From contig OZ361260.1 in NCBI GenBank assembly GCA_977018835.1, positions 1,364,001 through 1,428,000 of the forward strand: a DNA stretch of 64,000 nt, given 5' to 3'. The translations under genes and the position numbers were made by a program. Shown here one piece after another: positions 56,124 to 64,000 of the stretch (its first letter is position 1; every line of letters starts with the position of its first letter). The notes beneath the pieces were generated by a model. The model was not told the origin of the DNA, did not search any database, and was given only the letters and a program-made list of their open reading frames with translations. The DNA comes from Minutocellus sp. GHC0000111. Its lineage: Eukaryota.

Positions 56124-58270
56124 CGAGGTCAGATTCGCGAGAAATCGAGCGCCCGGTTTTTGACTGCTTTCGAGGGGATTGAAAAGCGCCTCGAAGAATA
56201 GTCATGCTGAAATATTTAAGAAAATGGCTATTTTTACTCTAATTTTGATTTATCTTCATGTGAAACAATAATTCGGATAAGACTTTAGATTTCAGCGGCT
56301 CTAATCAAATGGACGCGTTCGTGCGACGCGACGGTTCGGCCTCCATCTCGTCTTCATCTTGAACGATGGCATGATACTCGCCTCGGATCGGCAGTGCGAT
56401 GCATTCGTCCCGGATCTCGCACCACAGCCAATCCGGGATGAGCTTGAGCTTCTTTAGCTCCCGCTTCACGCCGTTGAACTTGTAGATGAAGGTAACTGAG
56501 GAGTGGAACATCTCCGCGGTCGTACACCGATTCAGTTATTGCCACGACATCATCCATGTCGAGGGGCATGTTCTCGGCCCTTATCGCCCGGCAGACGAGT
56601 CGACTGACGACATTGAGGAGCATGTGCTTCTCAAAATCCTCGGGCCCGTCAATCTTGAGAGTTTTCTCCTGGTCAATGATGATGGCCAAGACAGCGGTGA
56701 GCATGTGTTCAATCCATTTGTGTCTCGGGCGGAAGTCGAAGCTGAGCATTTCGATGACGCGATCGGCATACTTGGACCGGTATACTGCTTCCCAACGAGT
56801 GCCGATGATTCATCTGATTCGGCCGCCTTCCGTTCTGTCATCGACGATCTTGCAACGGCGACCCGGCGGTATACTGCACCATGTCTCTTTGCAATTGCCA
56901 AGCAAGTGCAGGGAGCAGGCAAAGGTGGACTATTCGGTGCTGTCCATTTCAGAGCATGGTGCACGATTTTCGGGATGGATGAAGGCGTATGGTGCTCTAC
57001 CTGCATCTGAGAAGGCGATGTTGGAGATGAAGAGGAGATCTCATCTGGCTATGCAGCCATACATTCGAGATGTTATTGTTGATGCTCTGATACGAAATCC
57101 TCGGGAATCTTGGCGGGAGCTGGAGGTTGATGTCAACTTTTGGTGTTCCTACTCGGCAATACGGCGGTGGATAATGTCGCGGGAAGGGTTCCGGTACTAT
57201 GCCGAAAGGATCATCCCTCTCCTTACTACCCATCAGATGGAGAAACATTTGGTATTTGCGCGGAAATTCCGAAACAATTGGGGGCTCGGCGGTGGCAAGT
57301 TTCTCCTTATTATGTTCGATGAGAAGTGGTTTTGGGGCTTGGTTCTTCGATCGTATGCCAAGCAAGTTGCAGAATTGGGTATTGATCCTCGGTCCTTCTC
57401 GGCATATCACCGAAATCACATCAACAAGTGCATGGTGGTGGCTATCACTGCCTTGGCTTTTATTGACAGCATTGAGAATGGCGGCATTGCGTTCAAGCTT
57501 GGACTTTTTCGGGCTCAGGCGCATAAAATTGCGAGGCAGATGGTAAGGGAGGCGGTGCGGCAGGCAGATGGTAGAATCAAATATTGCGGCCCGGTGGTTC
57601 GGAAGAAAGACGATCTATACCTTGTGGATTGCGCGGTGACTGGATGCAGCCATGGCACCCTTGATAATCCCAAGTTCCCACTGAAAGCTTTATTTGAGAA
57701 CGAGATGTTTCCGGATGTTGAGGCTTTGGTCGGACCTGGTGGAAAGTTTGAAGGCTATGTCCCTATTTTTCAGGGCGACAATGCTGGGCCCTATGCCGAG
57801 ACTGAATTTGTGGAATATGTGGAAGGATACTGTCGGGACAAGGGATGGCGTTGGGAACCTCAGGCCCCGCAAATGCCCCATATGAATGTTCTTGATCTGT
57901 CTGTTTTCCCTTGCATGTCAAAGCGGCATACAATGTTGAGCCGCGATCGGGAGGGGCTGAAGGTTTTGACAGAAGATCAGACTTGGGATGCAGCGGAGGA
58001 AGTTTGGATGGGGCTGGAAAACTGGAAGATCGCATCGGCATACATCCAGGCTCATAGAATTGCAAAGAAGGTAATCGTTGCAAAAGGCAACAATGATTTT
58101 CTTGGAAACGGTGAAGGCATTCATGTTGGGGTGCGAAAGGATTTCAGGCCGACTGAAAATGGCATGGTTTGGATAGATGGGAAAATTATCGCTCCTCCTC
58201 CTGCTGATCCAACCATGGATAATTAGTCCTGCGGTGCTTTTAAGTTATGTTATGTTTAAAATAATACTAG
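56124..58270 (+). mobile_element. Mariner-like DNA transposon, copy 2: full catalytic domain, 3' TIR missing
   Basis: TA followed by the 5' TIR CGAGGTCAGATTCGCGAGAAATCGAGCGC. Reverse-complement match to 18847-20503, with similarity ending at 58270. No TIR seen downstream. Confidence 0.9.
56556..58226 (+). CDS. Mariner-like transposase (DD38D spacing, plant-mariner/DD39D-like motifs); true start uncertain
   Basis: HTH-like region SWRELE....CSYSAIRRW. Catalytic motifs MFDEKWF, FQGDNAGP and QAPQMPHMNVLDLSVF, with 38 residues counted between the second and third Asp. Confidence 0.85.
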   Translation: MSRGMFSALIARQTSRLTTLRSMCFSKSSGPSILRVFSWSMMMAKTAVSMCSIHLCLGRKSKLSISMTRSAYLDRYTASQRVPMIHLIRPPSVLSSTILQRRPGGILHHVSLQLPSKCREQAKVDYSVLSISEHGARFSGWMKAYGALPASEKAMLEMKRRSHLAMQPYIRDVIVDALIRNPRESWRELEVDVNFWCSYSAIRRWIMSREGFRYYAERIIPLLTTHQMEKHLVFARKFRNNWGLGGGKFLLIMFDEKWFWGLVLRSYAKQVAELGIDPRSFSAYHRNHINKCMVVAITALAFIDSIENGGIAFKLGLFRAQAHKIARQMVREAVRQADGRIKYCGPVVRKKDDLYLVDCAVTGCSHGTLDNPKFPLKALFENEMFPDVEALVGPGGKFEGYVPIFQGDNAGPYAETEFVEYVEGYCRDKGWRWEPQAPQMPHMNVLDLSVFPCMSKRHTMLSRDREGLKVLTEDQTWDAAEEVWMGLENWKIASAYIQAHRIAKKVIVAKGNNDFLGNGEGIHVGVRKDFRPTENGMVWIDGKIIAPPPADPTMDN

Positions 58271-58580
58271 GGTTAGTACATGTAGTACGTCACCACTTAA
58301 AGGGTGGGCGTAGCCGATCTAGCACTAAGAGGGAGTGCGCTATTTTTTGTTGCAATATGATAGGTCGACGAATAAACACATGTTAGCAGCTTATTTTTGT
58401 CGATTTTGGCAATGTGCAAATGCTTAGATCTAGATCTACTTTTTTCAATGTGGACATCGTCAAGTTTCTGCATTCCACAGGCGATGCCAGGCTTGTTCCA
58501 AAGATGTTATCTAGTGCATAACTTGAGTAGCGTAGCACTAGACTCGACCTAGAATATTGCTTACCGTACCCCTAACGTCC

Positions 58581-61478
58581 TTAGAAGGTAATCTTAGGAG
58601 GTGGCGCAAACTTTCTATCTCTCTCCAGTTCGACGATGCCGCGAAGTCCAGAGAATGCCCGCGAGAGTTCCAGCCGCGGAGTCGTTGTTCTGGGCTTACA
58701 GCCGCCCACCGTTCTTCTTGCCTTGGGCGCTGCAACTTCTATCTTTCTCCGTTTCCGTGGCTGGCTGCCGACGTTGGTACCTGCCGCTGCTGAAGATGCT
58801 GCCGACTTGTCATCAGCGGGGTAGTAGAAGCAATCCTTGTTTTTGGTAAAGTAGCCAAAGGGCTTGGCAGCATCGAGGCACCGCCCAACAACCCGCAGCA
58901 ATACCTCGCGCTTGTACCCATCGGATGGAGAGCGATGATTGCCACGCTCGTAGGTTGCCACGTCACACTTTTGGTAGAGGAGGGGTTTGGCCAGATCCAT
59001 CCAATCTCGGAGGGCAAGATGAGGCGCGATGGTATCGGGGTTCCGCGCATTGTACTCCACCTGGGCCAGCTTAAGCTGGAAGTCCAAAGGCAGGCGGCTC
59101 AAGTCCTCGGCCTCGGCCGACATGGGCGGCGGGAGGGCAGCGGCGGCTGCCTCCTTGGCAGCGGCCATATCTCCAGCCTTTTCGGCGGCCTCGGCTGCTG
59201 CCAGGGCCACCTCCCGGGCTGCCTTGCGGTCCAGATCGGCCTCGAGGACGACCTCCGTCTCCAGAGGATCAAAGGCATCCGTGTCGACGTAGTTGAACGT
59301 CGGCAGAAGGCGGCGTTTCAGAGCAGCCTCCTTCTTGTGATCGACGTCGTCCACATCGTCGACACTCTCACCCTTCTTTTTGGCCTCTCTCTTCCGCCGG
59401 AGAGCTTCGGCATCGGATGCGCTGTGTGCCCACTCGATGGGGACGATATCGGCTTCTGCAAACACATCGACCTTGTCGTCACTGGCTGACTTGGTGGTAC
59501 CCTTTTTGTTATCGTCCAGGAAACCTCGAAGGCAGCTGTCCAACAAGTGATAGTCTGGAGTATCATAGAAGCCCAAACTGGCTACATGCTTGAAAGCCTT
59601 GCGCAGAAGCTCGACCTTCTTTTCGTCCGACGCCAACGGCAGGGCCGGGGCGACGGTCGGGAGCTGATCGTCGGAAGGCACCTCAACGCCCTTGGTGTTG
59701 GGTTTTTTCCCCTTCCAATCTCGAAGGTACTTGTCCCGTCGGTATTTGGTGGTGTGGTGGTCGGCCCCCATAAGCAGCAAGGCGATCTGATCGCCAATAT
59801 CCACCAGCTCACCCTCCTCGGCGTCGCTGTCCTCCGCATCGGCCTCGGCCTTGTCGGCATCGTCCTCGACGCTGACGCGCTCCCCGTGGACGACCTCCTT
59901 CACCTTGCGGCACATGTCGCGGTTGCGATCGAGGGCGTAGGACATCCAGGGCAAACCTCCCGATATCAGGTCGCAAAAGACGTAGAGGAGGCCCCACACG
60001 TCGTCCCGGCGGCAGTAGTCCCGACCCTGATGGACGCGAAGAGACGCGTACATGGACGTGCCGCGGAAGTCGGCCTGGGCCCGCTCGGGTCGGAAGCATC
60101 CCTTGGCATCTGGGTAGGGTTGGTCCCATGGCTTGTCCCAGGTGCGCTTCTCGGCGGCCTCCTTGTCCTTGTTGCCATCGCCATTGTTGCCGCCACCGCC
60201 ACCCAAACTCGTCGCGGGAACGACGAAGCTCTTGGACAGGCCAAAGTCCACCAGCTTGAAGGACCGGTCGTCGGCCGTCGTGCCCGATCGGACGCAGTTG
60301 CTCGGCTTGACGTCCCGATGGACGCACCCGACGGCGTGCATCGACTTGATCAGCGGCAGCATCACGTCGGCGGTCAGGTAGACGGCATCCTCCGGATACA
60401 GCCGGCGGGTGGCATTGGGACTGGGCATGGCAATACTTCTGCTACTGGACGACGCGTCCTTGTTGTTGGTATCCTGCTTCTGCTTCTGCTGCAACTGGAG
60501 CGCCACCCTCTTGGCCCGGGCCAGGGCCGAGGCACTCTGGACGTTGCAATGCCGATCGCGGAGGCGGTGCATGTCCTCTCCCGGGAGATATTCCATGATG
60601 ATGGCCGACGTCAGCCCGGGGTTGGGATTGACCAGCCCCAGGGCCGATCCGGCCGCTCCTCCCGGCGTGGCGGCGGCACCCATGGCTCCTCCTCCTCCTG
60701 CAGCACCCGAGGGCATGGGACTGGCCACGGCGGCCGAACCCATGCCATTATCTCCAGCAGCGGCGGCGGCGGCCGTCTCGTCGAGGTTCTTGACGTAGCC
60801 AAAGTACGCGGGGATCGTCTCCTGCGGCATGTGGCGGCTCAGGTGGCGGAGGACCGTGGCCTCCCCGTCCAGTACGCCGGAATTGGCAAAGGACGACAGC
60901 TCCACCTTGGCGGCGACGATGCGCTGGTTCTTCTGGGGAGTTCCATCGTTACTTCCATTGCCATTGGCAGCATCGTTGTCACCTGCGCTCTTACCATCAT
61001 CATCACCACCACCATTAGTATGGTGATAGCCCAAATCGACGCACTTGTGAATGCTGCAGAAGGTCCCCCGTCCCAACCTGCCGAGGGTGAAGTACCGTCC
61101 CACCTCCCTGTGACTTGCCGCGGCCAGCTCGGCCATGTCGGGCGTCGCCGTCGGCTGCTCGACGAAGGCCGTGCCCAGCGTCGAGCCCGGTTCGGGAAAG
61201 GGCGGGCGGGGGTGAGGATTGTAGTTGGTGCTAGACTTGGGACGGCGCTTGCTTGTGGTGGTCCTTTTTGAGGTTCCGGCTGAGGAGGACTTGGAGCCTC
61301 CAGCAGCCTTGGGTGTTTTCATCGCCTCGCCCCCTGCGGACGACTTGGTCTTGCCGTCGGGCGAGACCTTGTCGGCGGCGCTGGGCATCGGCGAGTTGGC
61401 CCGGCTGGGCACCGCGTCGGCGTTGGTGGGGACCGACGACACGGTCCCGTCGGCGGCACCCACCACCGCGTCCGACAT
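58581..61478 (-). CDS. Ser/Thr protein kinase of the CK1 group (tau-tubulin kinase-like) with low-complexity inserts
   Basis: LGRGTF, VAAKVE, HRDVKPSN, LVDFGLSK, FRGTSMYAS, RRDDVWG and LPW. NLS-like PRKRRK. Confidence 0.9.
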   Translation of the reverse strand: MSDAVVGAADGTVSSVPTNADAVPSRANSPMPSAADKVSPDGKTKSSAGGEAMKTPKAAGGSKSSSAGTSKRTTTSKRRPKSSTNYNPHPRPPFPEPGSTLGTAFVEQPTATPDMAELAAASHREVGRYFTLGRLGRGTFCSIHKCVDLGYHHTNGGGDDDGKSAGDNDAANGNGSNDGTPQKNQRIVAAKVELSSFANSGVLDGEATVLRHLSRHMPQETIPAYFGYVKNLDETAAAAAAGDNGMGSAAVASPMPSGAAGGGGAMGAAATPGGAAGSALGLVNPNPGLTSAIIMEYLPGEDMHRLRDRHCNVQSASALARAKRVALQLQQKQKQDTNNKDASSSSRSIAMPSPNATRRLYPEDAVYLTADVMLPLIKSMHAVGCVHRDVKPSNCVRSGTTADDRSFKLVDFGLSKSFVVPATSLGGGGGNNGDGNKDKEAAEKRTWDKPWDQPYPDAKGCFRPERAQADFRGTSMYASLRVHQGRDYCRRDDVWGLLYVFCDLISGGLPWMSYALDRNRDMCRKVKEVVHGERVSVEDDADKAEADAEDSDAEEGELVDIGDQIALLLMGADHHTTKYRRDKYLRDWKGKKPNTKGVEVPSDDQLPTVAPALPLASDEKKVELLRKAFKHVASLGFYDTPDYHLLDSCLRGFLDDNKKGTTKSASDDKVDVFAEADIVPIEWAHSASDAEALRRKREAKKKGESVDDVDDVDHKKEAALKRRLLPTFNYVDTDAFDPLETEVVLEADLDRKAAREVALAAAEAAEKAGDMAAAKEAAAAALPPPMSAEAEDLSRLPLDFQLKLAQVEYNARNPDTIAPHLALRDWMDLAKPLLYQKCDVATYERGNHRSPSDGYKREVLLRVVGRCLDAAKPFGYFTKNKDCFYYPADDKSAASSAAAGTNVGSQPRKRRKIEVAAPKARRTVGGCKPRTTTPRLELSRAFSGLRGIVELERDRKFAPPPKITF

Positions 61479-61846
61479 GCTGGGGTCTGGTTGGCTGTAT
61501 AATGTGTTGGCTTTTGAATTTTGGCTGGGCGAGTTTTATGCCGATTTCATCCAGACAAAAGATACCAGGACCCAGAGGCTCGAGTAAGAGAGATGATTAG
61601 GCAGGGTTAAGGGGTATAGGGTGGTATCCGATCGCGATGCCGATCCTTGCTGGTGGCTGCGCTGCTGCCTGGCCGGACAGCAAGCAAAATAAAAGTGAGC
61701 ACATCTGCGCTGCTGCTGCTGCTGCTCTGCTGCGCGCCCCAAGAGCACATAACAAATAACACACGGTGGACGGAGGCCCCAATAATGACACGTCATCTTA
61801 TGTAAGAAAGAAATGAGAATTCCAATGCGAATCGGCTTCTCGACAC

Positions 61847-62076
61847 ATGTAGCGATCTCGGCCGGTCGGCCGGCGAAAGGAAAAATGGCGTGGATGCCAG
61901 CATTTTGATGGTGAGAACGAGAAGTGAAGCCACGCACTGCTCTCCCAATAGGAAATAATCAGGCCGTCGTGTTCATTACTGTGCGTGTAGCTTGGTGGAT
62001 TTGATCCACTGAAATCTTTGATTGTAGTCTGCGGCGCGGCTGATCGATACGGTCTCGTGACCGGCGCTGCGCTGGG
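61847..62076 (+). repeat. ~228-bp direct repeat, copy A
   Basis: Near-identical to 62489-62715 (ATGTAGCGATCTCGGCCGG...GGCGCTGCGCTGGG), with a few substitutions and one 3-bp indel. Confidence 0.95.
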
Positions 62077-62400
62077 ACCTCGCACGCACAATACGGGCAG
62101 CGATAGACAAACCTACCCCATGACACTCAGATGGTAGTGAATGGAAGCAGGGCAGACATAGTTAAACCGAACCGCGGAAATCCATCAATTCGGTCGCGAG
62201 ACCGACAACGTGAAGGGAGGGCGCGGCTCCAGCTTCACGCTCGTCGGGCGGTCTCTGCGATCCGTCTGCTGCTACAGCACATATTAAGGGTAGGTGCCCG
62301 GGGCCTGGACGGAGTGACGTTTCCCTGTCCTGGCTCACGGGAGGTCCGATCGGGGTCAATGTAGTAGGTCGTCCGGGGGTGCGGTGCCAGCATCACTGCC
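62071..62400 (+). ncRNA. Candidate structured non-coding RNA, family unidentified
   Basis: Many nested complementary segments found by eye, with G-U pairs consistent with the + strand. No credible ORF. See findings. Confidence 0.45.
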
Positions 62401-62488
62401 TAGCAGATCACACGAAGATAAGCCAGACTCGTCTTCTTTCCCATGCCCGTGTAAACTTTGGTAGTCTAATAGAATAGAAAAGAATAGA

Positions 62489-62715
62489 ATGTAGCGATCT
62501 CGGCCGGTCGGCCGGCAAAGGGAAAAATGGCGTGGATGCCAGCATTTTGATGGTGAGAACGAGAAGTGAAGCCACGCACTGCTCTCCCAACAGGAAATAA
62601 TCAGGCCGTCGTGTTCATTACTGTGCGTGTAGCTTGGATTTGATCCACTGAAATCTTTGATTGTAGTCTGCGGCGCGGCTGATCGATACGGTCTCGTGAC
62701 CGGCGCTGCGCTGGG
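62489..62715 (+). repeat. ~228-bp direct repeat, copy B
   Basis: Near-identical to 61847-62076; ends 30 bp before the ATG at 62745. Confidence 0.95.
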
Positions 62716-62744
62716 TGACTGGGTGACCGGATAAATAAATAAAA

Positions 62745-63917
62745 ATGACGACTACGCCCCAATGCTCTCATCCGCTCAAGGGCATCGTCAACACCAACGA
62801 CGACCCGAACCGCTGCGCCGTCTGCTCCAAGCTTGTCGGGAATCGACTTGATGGCTTCCTTCAGTATTGTTGCGGGACCATGATTTGCCACCGACGGTGT
62901 GTTTTGGGAGGTTCTGGCGCTACGAGTAATTCGACTACTAGCACATGTACTCGTGACGACTCCGCTCCTTGCGCTCTGTGTCATGGAAATTCATACTCAA
63001 TCAAAATGCTCAAGAAGCACGCCAAGAGGGGCGGGCCCTGGGCTCAGTTTGCCTTGGCGTTGAAGTACGAAATTGGCACTTCGCTCGTCCTATCCTATGA
63101 AGACGCGCGGCTTTGGTACACAAAGGCTGCGAGGCAGAACCATCCCGATGCCCTGCACAACTTAGGCGTTCTCTATAAACTAGGCGTAGTTGGAGGTCGT
63201 GTCGATCTGGGTAAGGCACGAGATCTTATCCTTAGCGCGATGGATATTGATCCCGAAAGCAACAAGGCCTATGTGGAATCCCTTGTTAACGTAGCTGCAC
63301 ACTTTCTGGACGATGATGTGGGGGGTGTCAAGCCAGCTTTGGACATCCTTATCCCTTTGGCGGGAACGGATCCCGAGACTTCGGATGCTAGCAAATCAGC
63401 ACGATTTGGGATGGGATATGCGCTAGATTGTGAAGGCAAGATCGAAGCTGCATATGAGTGGTGTGTCTCCACCGTTGCTGCTTCTACTATGACAAACGAT
63501 GGTGTAGGTTTGATTGGCGAAAGTCTTTCGGCCACTTCGGCATTTAACGCGATGCTTTGATGTAGGGACGGCCAGCTTGGCCTCATGGTCCAGAAAATAT
63601 TCTGGGCTAAGCTTGCGAAACGTGTAAGCCTATCTGTGGGTCTTGATCCGAACCAACGCCTCACACGCATCCAGACGATTGTCGAAATTCTTCGTTCCGC
63701 ACGGAGGCTTCGGAATACTTGTGGAGGTTGCGGCGCCGAGTTCGAGGGCAAGGAGCGCAAATTTTGCCGTGGCTGTAAAACATTCTGCTACTGCAGCCGA
63801 GAGTGCCAGAAGATGCACTGGAATCGCAAGAAGGATGGTCACCGAGAGGATTGCAAGGGTGCAGTGGAACTGAAGCAACAGTTGAAGGAGGCCCGAAGGC
63901 AATCCAAGGCCTCATAG
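62745..63917 (+). pseudogene. Cys-rich + SEL1-repeat + MYND zinc finger gene interrupted by one in-frame TGA (63558-63560)
   Basis: ORFs 62745-63560 and 63585-63917 share a frame and read FNAML*CRDGQLGLMV. SEL1 motif WYTKAARQNHPDALHNLG; MYND motif CGGC...CRGC...YCSRECQKMHW...HREDC. Confidence 0.75.
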
Positions 63918-64000
63918 ACTATTGCCGATACCTCAAATTTCATCCATGCCACAATATTCTCACAATGCTTTTTGGGTAATTATGTCAGCTCTAGCAGTTA

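Noticed and set aside
58297..58320. TTAA-AGGG resembling a Kolobok-type transposon end
   Set aside because: No matching inverted partner end was found in the window, and the match is too short to support a call.
62071..62412. SRP RNA, RNase P/MRP, spliceosomal snRNA or H/ACA snoRNA identity for the structured segment
   Set aside because: The conserved motifs (SRP helix 8, P4 GAAAGUC, U1/U2/U5 signatures) are absent. An ANANNA (62281) and an ACA (62410) exist, but they are too common to be diagnostic.
61847..62715. Retrozyme or hammerhead-containing repeat
   Set aside because: No CUGANGA...GAAA hammerhead core was found on either strand of the repeats, and there is no convincing HDV-like fold.

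Overview
This is gene-dense eukaryotic nuclear DNA with short GT-AG introns. It is most likely from a diatom or related photosynthetic stramenopile, inferred from bipartite signal+'AF' plastid presequences, a DNMT5 gene, a helicase-associated (HA) domain protein and a SEL1/MYND gene. About 24 host genes are arranged mostly as head-to-head pairs. They include an RFC clamp-loader subunit, a Tudor+DNMT5+SNF2/RING methyltransferase, a full-size ABCG/PDR transporter, CysRS, two CrtI-fold flavoproteins, an ABC1 kinase, EPSP synthase, RNase II, two sulfotransferase-like genes, a ChrR cupin, leishmanolysin, BUB3, a potato-I inhibitor and a TTBK/CK1-like kinase. Five features stand out. (1) Two nearly identical, oppositely oriented copies of a plant-type mariner-like transposon (DD38D spacing) appear to carry a second, divergent ORF. 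(2) A ~330-nt densely base-paired non-coding segment lies between two 228-bp direct repeats (61.8-62.7 kb) and matches no RNA family I recognise. (3) Single-base lesions are scattered through otherwise intact genes: a TT splice donor in DNMT5, two in-frame stops and motif-breaking missense changes. (4) TA-bounded palindromes recur at gene 3' ends. (5) Five consecutive genes are predicted to be plastid-targeted. All calls were made by eye from the sequence and the ORF track; no database search was run.
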